Positions 12,201 to 25,367 are shown, counted from the stretch's first letter. The stretch: 64,000 nucleotides of DNA from Mytilus californianus (GCF_021869535.1 NW_026262581.1:30442001-30506000), one strand, 5' to 3'. A program made the numbers and translations. Notes: generated by a model not told the origin, from the sequence alone.

Positions 12201-15200
12201 AATATGCCCCCCCCCCTCCCAGCCGAATATAATCTATTTGATATACAATACATATGACTAGATCACTCACTTGTTAACAATTTATGTAGAATAACTAAAG
12301 CTGACAATATTAGTATCAAAGCAGTTGGGGAATAAGCTACAAGTGATAAACTACTTCCTGGTTAGTTCAATGTGCATCATTTTAATTCAGGTGGATTATG
12401 AAAGGCTGTTCATAATATTTATAAAGTATTACCAAACAATTTCATAGGAATATGAATCAGATCTTTTTCTGTTATTTGTTCTCATTTTCCACTTCCATAT
12501 AGGAAATGATATTAGCTGAAAACCAAATTATGAAATGAGAGCAGCTTTCAATAACAAAATTTATTGTGTATGCTGGAAGAAATGAAGAAGTCTCTAATAC
12601 GGTTATAATATACTTTTTTGCAAATGTTATAGTCATGTGAAATTGTACAAGCAATTATATTTTTAGCAGTAGGAAAACGATAAATAATGTAAAATTTATG
12701 TTAAAAAAACTAAAATATATTGATTAGCATATTTTGACTTTAAAATTCAATTAATCTTCATTTTAAATTGAACTTTGGTCAGTTTTTTTAATACTGCAGA
12801 TAAAAAAGATGATACAAATCTGTGCAAGAAAAAAAAATCTACTAAAACAACCTTTTTCAGAATGAAAACTATGCTTGCATGACCAGAATTAAAAAAATTG
12901 AAATGTAGCATTGGTCTTGATAAGAGTTTCCAAAATGTAAATGCTTAAAAAGTCCCATGAAAAAAAGATTACAGAAGTGTAGGCCATTCTTGATTAGAAC
13001 TGGTGTTATTAAGAACTAATAAGAGGGGTGCAATTTTAGATGCATTCATGCCAAATCTTATTCTAATTGTTTAATGAATTAATTTTTCATATTTTTAAAG
13101 GAATTTTTTAAAGTACTATTTTCCGTTGGTTAATAGCAGTAAATAAATAAATAAGAGTTAAACTATACACCATCCTAAAGGGCATTACCATATTATATCT
13201 TTTTCAATTATTAAACATTATGCAATGTTATAGATTACTTAAATGCGGATCAAACTATTGTTGATTCAGATTAATGTGTGCATATATAATTGGGAATCAA
13301 ACCAAAATAGGACATTAATTCATGTGATTTTGAGACCATGTTGTAATAGAATTTAACTACCATCAAAGACAACGGGAGTATTTAAATTATTGATGTGGTA
13401 TCAAATATTTTTGCCATCAAAAAACCTTGTGATAAGTTATCATGTGATGTAAATACTTGAAGGTCACACTTGCTTTTTAAGGCTTATTGGTCATGTGAGC
13501 AAAACATATGTTGGAGCATCACACAAAACACATGGTTGTTTTGATGAATGCCAGTATAAATCTTAACCCTACTTTTAACTTTTGTAAAAACAACATGCAA
13601 ATGCTAATATAAATTAAATCATTTACATTGTATACAGACAAAAATAAATTTGAAATCTCTCCTCACAAATACTTACTGTAAAGAAACATACAATGACTCC
13701 TAAGATAGCACCCCCTAACACATCACTCCAATGATGCATGTAGTCTGATATCCTAGTCAGGGCTGTGTAGTAGGCCAGGAAAAAAGCCACCAACTGTAAA
13801 AATGGTCTAACCAACCAACACTTCCGCCACTTAAATTTTATTTGTAAATACACCTAAAATAAAAACTCTAGTCACTACACTTAATAATATTGAAAGTGGA
13901 GAAAGATATGCAAATAAAAAAAATCACTATAGTAAATATAGCACTAGTCCATTATTTTATCTTGACTTTCCAAGATCTTTTGCTCATTAACATGTATCTG
14001 GTAATCTTTTCTTCATCAAAATGATGATATTTCCATACTTTTTATTTATCCATCATATTAAACATTTTTGCCTATTTCACTTTAAATCTAATGGAACTCT
14101 CATGTCAAAATGTAACAGGTTTTTTTGCCAATCAAGATTTGCAGCACTCTTCACAAATATCTTTATTATGAGTAAAAGTAATTGCTGGTCATGAATTTTG
14201 GTAGTTACATTTTGCAAAAGGAGAGGCTGAACTATTGTAGTAAAGCTTTTGGAATTATGATTTGTGATGTCTTTATTCTTCACTGTGTCCTTTACTTATT
14301 GTGGCATAAAAGCAAACCAGCTCCTTTTTGTGGTGTCCAATTACTTTCAGTACCCTTCAACTTCATATCATCAGGATGGATATTATGTTATCCGACCCTC
14401 TTGTTCAAGACAATATTTTTTTGGGGTCAAACAAGATAAGTGTATATTGTAAGATGTATTTAATTTAGCAGAATAACTTACCACCAGATATAACATACAG
14501 AAGAAGGCAAAGGAAGTGTGTCCTGATGGAAAAGATAATCTGTATAATGAAAAAAAAATATAAATGTATGTTCTGTGAAATTTTACACTGGATTTATCAT
14601 TATATATTCAACTTAAATTTGGTTACTTAGTAACATCTGCTAGCAGACATCTCACTAATGTTTACAAATATCCTATGTCAAAAAAAGTAAAAATACAGCA
14701 TTTTTGTCAGTGAAAGTGTAGTTTAATCTTTATGCATTTAATTGTGAGGTAATGACTGACAGTCTTTGTATAAGACTCCATCAATACTTTTCCAATATAC
14801 CCGGTTCTCCTGCAATCGATAAAAATTAGACAATGCATGTAACAAGTAGCAAGAAATACCATTAGAGGCAACTAAACGATCTTGCAACAATATCATTGTA
14901 AAACAAATATATGTTACTACGTGCAAGCAATGCACTTTACTTAAGATGCATGAAGCTACCAACTTTTTTAAATCCATAATCTATTGTCAGTTTTCAATTT
15001 CCCATCTCATAAATAGTGGTTTGGACTCACTTTGTTGTGATGCCAAAGCCATTACACTTTACACTTGCTTTGATCAATAGTCTTACCTGGCTTCTTGTAA
15101 AGCATCTGTATCTGTACTTGTACAATCATGTATTTCAATGTAGCCTGTTTTTGTAGAACAATTTGATAAAATTGCTGGTTTGCATAAAGACAGATAGTGT

Positions 15201-18200
15201 GGGCGTAGTCTGCCCAAACTATACTTAGCGATATCTGTTGTCAACTGTACGACGGCACAACCAAAAAGAAATGCACTAATCCCTCGATAAAGAGTTTTGA
15301 TATATGGCTTGTTTTTGAGTGCACTGCTACAGTCTCTTTTAAACACAGATAAATGAATGCCCTCTGTTATAATAATCTGAAAATACAATGTTAATTAATC
15401 AATCATAAATACATTTTAAACAGTGGAGGATCCAGTGGGGGGATTTCTGGGTAGTTGGAACCCCCCTTTTTTTTGACAATCAATGCTTTTGAATGGGGAC
15501 AAGTGTGTATATGGTTGGAACCCCCTTTTAAAAATGTCTGGATCCGCCCCTGACTTAAACATATGAATTCAAATTTGTCTGTGCTGTGTATTTGAGAAAA
15601 GGGCAATAGGATGAGATAAAATACAATGTTAATTAATCAATCATGAATACATTTTAAACAGTGGAGGATCCAGTGGGGGGATTTCCGGGTAGTTGGAACC
15701 CCCCTTTTTTTTTGCCGATCAATGCTTTTGAATGGGGACAAGTGTGTATATGGTTGGAACCCCCCTTTTAAAAATGTCTTGATCTGCCCCCGACTTAAAC
15801 ATATGAATTCAAATTTGTCTGTGCTGTGTATTTGAGAAAGGGGCAATAGGATGAGATAAAATACTCTTTCTTGCATGCACACTGTTTGTTACTTTTAATT
15901 GCGGTAGAGGATTTCATTTGAGTGTCAAGGGATGTGAAATAGATCCGCATCAGTAGCAAACAAAAAACTTTAAGATTATAATTTTTGGAACTACAGACAG
16001 AAATTTTTTTTAAAATTGAAAAAGAGCTTCTTTCTATCAATCCCAACAATTATATAAAGTTTTGAGGAAATCAATCTAGGAATACTAGAGTTTGTGCACA
16101 ATATGTGAAAAATTGCCTTAAATGTAACGGATAAAATCCTGTAACTCTTGAACAACAAAGATAAAAAATTTTAAATCAAAGGGAGCTTTATTCTGTCAAT
16201 CCTAATTTTGTGTTAAAATTGGTTATAGCAAATAAGACTAATTGTACGAAGTGTTGACAGGCAAATGGTTATAGCAAATTAGACTTATTATACGAAGTGT
16301 TGACAGGCAAATGGTATAGCAAATTAGACTTATTGTACAAAGTGTTGACAGGCAAATGTTATAGCAAATTAGACTTATTGTACGAAGTGTTGACAGGCAA
16401 ATGGTATCGCAAATTAGACTTATTGTATAAAGTGTTGACAGGCAAATGGTATAGCAAATTAGACTTATTGTATAAAGTGTTGACAGGCAAATGTTATAGC
16501 AAATTAGACTTATTGTACAAAGTGTTGACAGGCAAATGTTATAGCAAATTAGACTTATTGTACGAAGTGTTGACAGGCAAATGGTATAGCAAATTAGTCT
16601 TATTGTACGAAGTGTTGACAGGCAAATGGTATAGCAAATTAGTCTTATTTTACGAAGTGTCGACAGGCAAATGGTATAGCAAATTAGACTTATTGTACAA
16701 AGTGTCAACAGGCAAATGGTATAGCAAATTAGTCTTATTTTACGAAGTGTCGACAGGCAAATGGTATAGCAAATTAGTCTTATTGTACAAAGTGTTGACA
16801 GGCAAATGGTATAGCAAATTAGTCTTATTTTACGAAGTGTCGTCAGGCAAATGGTATAGCAAATTAGACTTATTGTACAAAGTGTTGACAGGCAAATGGT
16901 ATAGCAAATTAGTCTTATTGTACAAAGTGTTGACAGGCAAATGGTATAGCAAATAAGTCTTATTGTACGATGTGTGTGTTGACAGGCAAATGGTATAGCA
17001 AATTAGACTTATTGTACAAAGTGTTGACAGGCAAATGGTTTAGCAAATTAGTCTTATTGTACAAAGTGTTGACAGGCAAATGGTATAGCAAATAAGTCTT
17101 ATTGTACGATGTGTGTGTTGACAGGCAAATGGTATAGCAAATTAGACTTATTGTACAAAGTGTTGACAGGCAAATGGTATGCTTAGCAGGATTCAAATAC
17201 ATATCACCCTGCATTGTGCGCAAGAACTGCACTTATAATTTGTGCCAATATTTACTGTAAATATGGAAGCAGTGATAAACTCATCACCTATTTAAATACT
17301 ATTGTAGATTTAGAAATGTTTGCCATGCTTTTCTTTCAATAAAAATCTAACAGGATTAATGTCACATTAAACTGCTCTTAATTTTAAATTCTTCCTGAAT
17401 TGTGTGTATGCAGAGCTCATTTCCTAGAATTGATTGCCTTTATAATTCTCCAATTTTTGTCAATTGATCAGTGATCATTATAAAAGGTTAATTCCTTTTA
17501 ATCCACAATAATTTCTGAATTCATAGTACATGCTTTTATTAGTACATGATAGTCACTGAATTATTGATCATTCAAATAAATACATACTTGCACTTTTCAT
17601 ACAAACAATATGTAACAGTAGTACAATACTTACTGTTACGATTGGCACAGACATCCCTATAAAACACACCACCCATGTTGGTACGGTATCAGGTTTGTGT
17701 GGGTGCATGAGACTTTCATCATCACAATAGAATCCTCGCCGAAATGGTGTGGCATGGATCTTTATTATTAAAATAGGAATGGCAACTGAAATATAACGAG
17801 GGTGTATATATGTAGTCACTCTTGAACCTACTTCACAATTCAAAACTAATATAATATCATGAAAATGTTTTGGAGAAAGTTTTTTTCAAACTACTATTAG
17901 CTCATTTTGCATCCCTCTAAAGGTTTCAATCATACTGTGGATTCCTTTATTATTATTTTTTTTTGTATTAATTCATGTGGATTGAGGAAAACTTACATTT
18001 TCATAGATATCTGATTTCATTGTTTTCACAAAGTCTGCATATATTCCTATAGGTTGCACTTCTGTAAATATAGACAATGCAATTTCCCATAGGAACTCCT
18101 TTTACGGCAAAAACTGTGCCACTTTTACTATGAAGTTTCATAAAAAATATATCCATTCCTAGAATGGAAAGTTCATATGCACTTCTATGTTTTTCAAAGG

Positions 18201-21200
18201 TCAAAATATAGGGCTGTGCGGCATATTTTCAACATTTATATGCCTCAAACTTCTAACAGTTTAAACTTATGCTAAAACTCTGTACTAACCCTCCCTTCAA
18301 TTTGGGTCTTCCTTATAATTCAATTTAGCCGCTATCCAAGTGTATTTACTACTGGTAACATTCCCAAGTTATGTCTCTACGAGATGAAACATAGAGATCA
18401 TATCCGGGAACCAGTAGGTAAACAAAACAAAATATCTATGAATATTACATGTATATATCTCCCCAAAAGAGGCGTGGTTTGTGAAACAGTTGTGTTTACA
18501 AAGTGCAACCTATAGAAAATTAGTAATTCGTTGAAAATCTAAATTTGTGATTCCCCTATACCCATGGTATCCAACAAAAGTAATGAATCCACAGTATGCA
18601 TGTTGATGTTTATTCAACGTCCAGCTGAATGTTTGAAAGCGAGTAATCTCTGAACAATAATTGTACAGTATAATCAAGGGGAAATTGAGTGAAAAATCAC
18701 TCTTGCTGGTAGAGTGAATCACTGTAAAACAAGGTAATTAACTGTGATTTTAAGTTAACACTCAATCATAAGATACTTATGGAATTAACAGAACAAAATT
18801 GCAGACACAGTGGCAAATTCAGGGAGTGTAAAGGGTGTACACCCCTCTTGGATAGGAAAATATATCATTTTTTGGCATTTTACAGTTTAAAAAAATTGCC
18901 TTGCAGCACTTGCCAGTACATTCAACATTTTAAACAATTATGTCCCTTTCCTTTGTCTAATGTGTTAGCCCCTGGATGCCTGGTGAATCACCAACAATCA
19001 ACAGTATGATAATGCAAAAATCTCCCCCTACATTGAATTTAACCCCCAAATGGCAAAAGGGGTTAGTTTGTTTATACTAAAATATCCATGAAAGTAAGCT
19101 GGACCTTATCCATGTGCAAATTAGGCTAACCTTATTTAGTTGGGTTAGTTTCCATCATACATTTCTTCCTAATTTTCCAGAATTCAAAGTTGTTCTTAAG
19201 ATTCAAATAATTCCTTGTTTAGACTATTTTGATCTTTGGGTTTGTTTGGTTACTGTCTTACTGTTGTGTACCTCATATTTCTTTTCATTCATACAAATTA
19301 GAAATCAGCACATAAAATGTATAAAACATGATAAAGATTACATCTTCAACATGATGACTTAACAAATTAATTTTTAAGAAAGTGCAATAAGAAAGTGCAA
19401 AACAGTGCATTATAAAGGAGAAATTGGGGAAATATTAGCAAATAAAGCATTCATTAGAACAAACTTTTTGGTTTATCATAGAATATTAATGTTAGTGGTC
19501 TTGAAAATCAGTAATTAATCAATTGTCCCTGTTCAGCTTTAACAGTTTCAATATTTTGAGAAGACCCTGTGAAAGAAAATGTTTAAAAGGTGATTTTTTT
19601 TATATCTTATCCTGATAAACATGAAAAAACATTTCATTCAATTAATGTCTTTTTTTCATTCTTTAACCTGTTTGTTCTAAATCTATGGCAACAAAATCTT
19701 CCTTGTGCAAACTCTGCAGTCAATGCCACTGCTAAAGTTTAACCCTTATCAATATATTTTCTATAAATAAAATTCAATTCAGTTTTTGATGGGTGATTTC
19801 CTGTACAGTATTTTTTAATTCTTTTTTACATTATAAGTGATTTAACATCAGTTTCCTTCCCCGTTTCCCCAAAAAGGATGTAGGTCAGACCACAATGTTA
19901 ACCATGATGGATTACCTGTCACTTTACTGATTGATGACATGACAACTTAACACTTATATGGTCATTAATAGTCATGCATGAACGATTCTACTTACTATTT
20001 GAATCAATTTTCTTGTAAACAAGGTGTAAATTATAGAATTTATTTCTTATCAATGAAAATTTTATCTTTACATGTACAGATTCAATTAACTGCGCAATTA
20101 CCGTGTTGATCTATAGCAATGCCTTGAGGCATTTAAAATAATAGCAAGAGTAGGACTCCATATGGCACTCCCACAATACTAAAGGAACAAAATAACTTTT
20201 GCCATATGGAACTCTTTCCAACATAACATTGATTGCATAAAACATAATTTGGTGTTTGTTTCATTTCATTTGTAATTCAATGCACCAGTCTGCACCAAAA
20301 TCTTTTCCAGCTAATAGTCTGAAGACCAATATTCCAACAATTTTCTTATGTGTTTGAACAAATATTTGCAAAAACTTACTAGTCCGATTACAATTTTACT
20401 AGTCTGGTTCATCGGACTAGTGACTAATGGTGCAGACTGATGCAAACCATGCACATTTTTATGAGATTCTCAGGGTGGATACAGGGGGGTTACAAAATTT
20501 GCCTTCCCCTTTATGACAATTTTTTTTGTATGTTGGTGGTACTTTTTTTCAGATTTTTTATATTATTGTCGGTCCCCCTTTTGGCCAAATGCTTGGCCCC
20601 TTCAACACTGATTCTGGTTATAATTGTATCATGTACAGAATAAGATAGATACATGTAACCAGTCTTATATTCTATGATTTTATAAAATATTCAACAAAAT
20701 CAAAAGTTAATTACTATACTCAGTCAACCTGTTCTTTTCTATGTTTGTATTAAAGAGTGTCATGTTTAATGGTGTGTTCTCTTTGTATCTTCTTTGAGAC
20801 ATGTTCTGTACCATGTGTTGTTCATTGTTAGTACATGCCTTTTGCAGAGGAATTGGGTGTTAGTGTAGTCTATTGCATTGTCAATATTTTTGGTATAAAT
20901 TCAAGTTAACCTTTTTATATATTATGTGAACGTAGATAGACCATGTAGACCTGAAAAATTGATAACTTGAACCTGTATTCAATTTGAACTTGGTGTACTT
21001 ATTATGAAATTCAATTTGCACAAAAGAAGAACATAATAAACTCTTGATACTCTTGAAACTCTTGATACATTTGGTTTCATTAATCATATCTAAATTTTCA
21101 TTTTTGCACAATACATTGTAGTACAAAATACAAATCTGTATGAAATAGATTTTCAAATCACTGTAGTAATTACACATATAAATGAACAAATTTAAACAAT

Positions 21201-23034
21201 TATGGCTATATCTGTACATGTATAATATGGTATGATAAATTCTTGATACTCCTATTGATTTAATACCATAAAATCTAGTCAAATATATACCATTCAAAAA
21301 TTAAACCACTTATTTGATGCAATCATTTTACGAAATACCTGGTTTAATTCTGATTAGTCATGATATTGTTCAGTTCTAAATCAAATTTAAACGATAGGTA
21401 AAAAAAAATCTGATTTTACATTCAGTAATTACTCCTTGTACAACATATAAATTAGGGTAAACAAATAATTTAGTCAACGTATATATACTCCTTGTACATT
21501 GTTTATCATTTAATAAACTACATGTATTTGTTAGAGAACAGGAAAATAATGTTTACTACACACAGACCATAAAATAGATTAAAGGGAATGAATTTAAATG
21601 CAATGTACATGTAATAAAAAATTGTTCATTTTTAAAACATGTCAAATTTAAAACTCAAGATAATGATGACATATGTAGATATACATTTAAGTGGTAATGA
21701 TCTGAAAATTTATTTGTATAGACTGAAAACAGAAGAGTCATTTTTCTTTCATCCTCTATATATATACATGATTTGTATAGTTCTTATTTTAGAATTCCCC
21801 AATAGAATGGCATAAATTTAAAAGAACAGTCTGACCCATATTTTTATTTCAAATAACATTAAATTTCTTAAATATATATATTTTCAATATTTTTCCAGGA
21901 AGTATAAGCTAAATCAATATTAAATGTCAGGAAGGTGTCCTCAATATTAAAGGAATTTTTCCCTGAAATTAATGCAGACCATAAGTTTCTTTGAAAATTA
22001 GAACTGATCTGTGTGATCAATACTGTCATTTCATTAAAATTTTCAATTGAAGCATGTACACAGATATGTAGAATACATGAATCTTTGATAGATTGTTTGA
22101 CTTCTCTTTTAAAGGCGAATCTGTCACGTTACCCTAGTCCAAATAATTATGACTTCTTGAAAGGCTATTTTTCTTTAAAGCCTTCCTAGTCCTATGTTCA
22201 ATGAAGGAGGCATCATAGAAAAAAAATTCAAAATAGCCTTTCAAGACTTCATAATTATTTGGACTAATGTTACCCTAGATCATCAAACACAGGGCTCTGA
22301 CAATACTGTGTATAAAAGCCTAAATAGGATTCTACACATACATGTATATACCAATACATACAATGTAATGAAAAGGGGGACGGGGGTAAAATCTGAACAT
22401 AAAACCACAGTAACTTGAATTGCTATCCATAAATGATTAAAAAAAATTAAAAAGTATACCATATATATGATATTTTTTCAATCATTTATGGATAGAAATT
22501 CAAGTGACTTTGAAAAAAACTGCTATAAATATAAACATGCATGTACATAAATATCTAATCTTCTAATTTATGCTTTTACAACAGTGTAGTCTTTAATGTG
22601 CTTTTTGTCATCTCCTATGTGTTGATATCTTACTTGTATTTCCTTTATTGTTTATTGTATCATTGGAAATTTTTTGTTCCAAATTTGTATCTGACATTGG
22701 AATTTTTCCCCAAACGAATATACATGTAGCAATAGCCAATACATGCATTTCAACCGTTAAACGAGATATTTTTTCAATTTTTTAAATTTCAAAATAACAT
22801 TTTATTGATTATATTTTATCAAGTGATGATTTAAATAGCACTTATTAATTTGAAATTCAATAAATTTTCTATAATCTATTAAATACAGTTGCAAGACCTT
22901 CAACAACTTCTCAGACTTTCCAATGCGACCGGTCTCGACCTATTAATTTCACAGACGTAGCGGTACAAATACCTACCGATAAAAAGACAAATGAAATCGA
23001 TGAAACACCGTACAATAACAGACTGTTTTCCCAT
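9071..23034 (-). CDS. PLPP1: Phospholipid phosphatase (PAP2/LPP family, PLPP1-3/wunen-like), 6 coding exons, 302 aa
   Basis: Exons 23034-22977, 17785-17634, 15376-15087, 14539-14482, 13853-13677 and 9244-9071 join in frame through GT-AG introns (909 nt including stop). Catalytic motifs: C1 KYSLGRLRP, C2 SFPSGH, C3 TRISDYMHHWSD; also RGFYCDD. The symbol is family-level; the paralog cannot be resolved. Confidence 0.93.
9316..9522. mobile_element. MITE with TA flanks (PLPP intron 5)
   Basis: TA-CTGTAAATTCAGAAATTATTG...CAATTATTTCTGAACTTACAG-TA. Confidence 0.8.
10595..11485 (+). mobile_element. HINE/Pearl-like element with ~161-bp tandem array
   Basis: Perfect 13-bp subterminal IR TAGTCCCCTACCG (10629-10641) / CGGTAGGGGACTA (11469-11481); units at 10721, 10882, 11043, 11205 and 11366; (CAGA)n; 3' hairpin. 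Confidence 0.85.
11486..11700. mobile_element. CTGTG(G/A)ATTCA-type MITE; further copies near 17934, 18510-18722 and split at 27146/30552
   Basis: Imperfect TIR CTGTGAATTCAT / ATGAATCAACAG; recurrent in the window. Confidence 0.6.
13677..13853 (-). CDS. PLPP1: PLPP exon 5
   Basis: VYLQIKFKWRKCWLVRPFLQ...TRISDYMHHWSDVLGG...FFT; TTTTAG acceptor, GTAAGT donor. Confidence 0.95.
14482..14539 (-). CDS. PLPP1: PLPP exon 4
   Basis: (R)LSFPSGHTSFAFFCMLYLV; ACAG acceptor, GTAAGT donor; absent from the ORF track. Confidence 0.95.
15087..15376 (-). CDS. PLPP1: PLPP exon 3
   Basis: IIITEG...TDIAKYSLGRLRPHYLSLCKP...LQEAR; TTTTCAG acceptor, GTAAGA donor. Confidence 0.95.
15380..15864. repeat. ~239-bp tandem duplication, each copy carrying a CAGTGG(C/A)GGATCC MITE
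   Basis: AAAATAC junction motif at 15380, 15618 and 15858. Confidence 0.85.
16241..17180. repeat. 45-bp minisatellite, about 21 copies (PLPP intron 2)
   Basis: Unit GTGTTGACAGGCAAATGGTATAGCAAATTAGACTTATTGTACAAA. Confidence 0.95.
17634..17785 (-). CDS. PLPP1: PLPP exon 2
   Basis: AIPILIIKIHATPFRRGFYCDDESLMHPHKPDTVPTWVVCFIGMSVPIVT; acceptor TTTCAG, donor GTAAGT. Confidence 0.92.
20286..20439. mobile_element. 154-bp MITE, 12-bp perfect TIR, probable 6-bp TSD
   Basis: CAGTCTGCACCA / TGGTGCAGACTG; flanks ATGCAC and ATGCAA. Confidence 0.7.
22977..23034 (-). CDS. PLPP1: PLPP exon 1 (MGKQSVIVRCFIDFICLFI, phase-1 donor G|GTAGGT)
   Basis: 58 nt with an in-frame stop just upstream of the ATG. Phase matches exon 2, and the hydrophobic TM1 with an Asp resembles exon 1 of vertebrate PLPP genes. 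Confidence 0.85.
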
Positions 23035-23329
23035 ATTGTTATTATTACTATCCTTGTTAAACAAGAAATAAAACCTGCCAACTTGTCACAACATTTTGGT
23101 TGACACCTGGTGAGGGGAGACAACTCTAGCGGAATGGTGTTTAATATCTGGAACGGAACAGTTGTTCCGGTTGAACTGCAGTAATTTGCCATTCATTAAA
23201 AGTGTAATTAAGTTTGGAGACGCGTTGTTTTTGTATAAAAGATTGATTCAAATATCAATTGTGCCAAATCAAATGGTTTAGATTCTTATAATAATAATCA
23301 TAGTGACAAATCATTCTTTATTTACTTAC

Positions 23330-23523
23330 ACTTTCGGAGCACCTGAGATATCCAACCAGTTTTTGGTGGGGTTCGTCAGAGACATATAATTTATATGTCT
23401 CTGGGTTCGTGTTGCTCAGTCTTTGACTGTTGTTTGCCTTTTTTCTTTTTTTACCATGGCTTTGTCAGTTTGTCTTTGACTTATGAGTTTGAATATTCCT
23501 TTATTTTCTTCGTCCTCTCTTTT
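23330..23523 (+). mobile_element. 3' fragment of the Penelope-like family
   Basis: Matches 25089-25268 (CGGAGCACCTGAGAT...GGGGTTCGTGTTGCTCAGTC). Confidence 0.65.
23377..23403. mobile_element. 27-bp perfect palindrome with 7-bp TSD (P-like micro-element or excision footprint)
   Basis: CAGAGACATATAA-T-TTATATGTCTCTG flanked by GGTTCGT on both sides; the uninterrupted host site is present at 25124-25135. Confidence 0.8.
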
Positions 23524-23762
23524 TATAGAGGGTTAACAGTTAGTTACTTATCTTGTTTGATGACCCCCACCCCCACCCCCCAATAGCAATCTAATACTTT
23601 GAAATTTAAAAATAGTAAGAGGGAAAAAATGCGCAATTTTCAGAAAAATATAGAAATTATTTAAATATGCAATAAAATCCATTTTAAAATAATTAAAACC
23701 TTTCAGAGTTGTCTCCACTTATAAATATGAATTAATCTACCTTTAATTATTTTTTTATTAAC

Positions 23763-25268
23763 TTGCTGCTCACAAGGAAGCTATTAAACCAAGATTCCCA
23801 AGTGGTGAAGTTGAAATCCTCCCTTTGTAAATTTTACGGACACCATCACGAGTTGGTTGGCCGTTATCACTGGTTATGGGATCTCTGTTTTACAGATGAC
23901 GACGAATATGTTCTAGTTGTAGTAATTACAATCGTCCCCTTCCCCCGAATGTGACCTACCGTGTATTAGACATATCACCGGGTTTGTACTAACATGAGCA
24001 ACACGACGGTCAGAAAGGGCAAAGGTAGAATCTGGAGTTCCACAAGGGTCAGTCCTAGGCCCTATAGTCTATTTTTGTTTTACATAAATGACCTAGCGAA
24101 TGACCTAAAATCAACAGTTCGTCTCTTTGCGGATGACACAGTAGTCTACCTAACCATCGCCCCAGATACTGATTGCCGACACCTACAGTCAGACCTAGAT
24201 AAACTGGCACTATGGGAGGAAAAGTGGAAGATGGAGTTTCACCCAGAAAAGTGTAGCGTGCTGACTGTCTCCAGAAAGAAAAAGCCGATCAAATGTGACT
24301 ATATATTACATGACCATGTACAAATGTACTAAAACATGAAACGTCAATTAAATACCTGGGCTGCACCATCACAAGCAAAATAGACTGGGGAGAACATTAC
24401 AACATTACCAGCAAAGCCAGCAGAAGCCTTGGTTTCCTCCACCGAAACTTACACATCGGCTCTAAAAGCATCAAAGAGCAAGCATACAAAACTCTAGTAA
24501 GGCCCCAACTAGAATACGCCACATCAGTATGGGACCCATATCATCAAAAACATATTGACCAAATTGAAAAAGTTCAAAGGAGGGCTGCGCGATACGTCAC
24601 CAAGCGCCACAGAAACAGATCAAGTGTCACGGACATGATTAACGAATTGGGTTGGAAAAGCCTCCAAGAACGACGCAGAGAGGCCAGGCTCGCAATCATG
24701 TATGAGATCGTCAACGACAAAGTAGCCATCAACAAAGACATGTACCTCCAAAAACCAACTAGAATATCCAGACACGCACAACAGCATGGATACATGGTAC
24801 AAACAGCAACCAAAGACTGCAGGAAATGGTCCTTCTTTGTGAACACCACCAAAGACTGGAACAAGCTTCCCCCGGAGATCGCCACAGCACAGTCATTTGA
24901 GACATTCAAATCTCAAATAACCAACCTTACAAAATAAAGAGGAACATTTGCTTTTATCCTGTTTTTAAACATGCGGAACCAAATTTGCCAGTATATTCAG
25001 AAAGTTGAATGTGGACAGTATATGGAAGAAGAAGAAGAAGAAGAAGAAGACGGGTGCCACATGTGGAGCAGGATCTGCTTACCCTTCCGGAGCACCTGAG
25101 ATCACCCCCAGTTTTTGATGGGGTTCGTGTTGCTCAGTCTTTGGTTTTCTATGTTGTTTTGTGTACTGTTGTTTGTCTGTTTGTCTTTTTCTTTTTTAGC
25201 CATGGCGTTTTCAGTTTATTTTCAACTTATAAGTTTGAATGTCCTTTAGGTATCCTTCGCCTCTCTTT
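23763..25268 (+). mobile_element. 5'-truncated Penelope-like fragment (RT C-terminus plus 3' region), split by a LINE
   Basis: 23763-23990 is closely similar to 63793-64000 (LLTRKLL..Q...KFYG.HHELV); it resumes at 25049. Confidence 0.8.
24010..25048 (+). mobile_element. 5'-truncated non-LTR retrotransposon, CR1/L2/Daphne group, frameshifted RT
   Basis: ESGVPQGSVLGP / LFYINDL / VRLFADD / KYLG / VRPQLEYATSVWDP / KVQRRAAR / LGWKSLQERR; (GAA)8 tail; GACGG duplicated at 24005-24009 and 25049-25053. Confidence 0.92.
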
Positions 25269-25367
25269 CAGTACATTCAATTTTGATTAATCAGGGTTTT
25301 CTGAATTTGTTAAAAACTAAAAATAAATATGTCTTCATTTTAATGAATATTTATGCAAGAAGGGCAT

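Noticed and set aside
16238-17232. 219-aa and 156-aa ORFs
   Set aside because: Artefacts of a 45-bp (15-codon) intronic minisatellite
22109-22600. Possible Kolobok-type element (TTAA-AGG start)
   Set aside because: No matching inverted right end was found
17786-22976. Mutually exclusive second exon 2, as in vertebrate PLPP1
   Set aside because: No second RGFxCxD-like exon was seen in intron 1 or intron 2
22911-23192. 93-aa minus-strand ORF
   Set aside because: A different frame overlapping the true 58-nt PLPP exon 1; no recognisable product
24574-24909. Minus-strand ORFs
   Set aside because: Antisense shadows of the LINE RT
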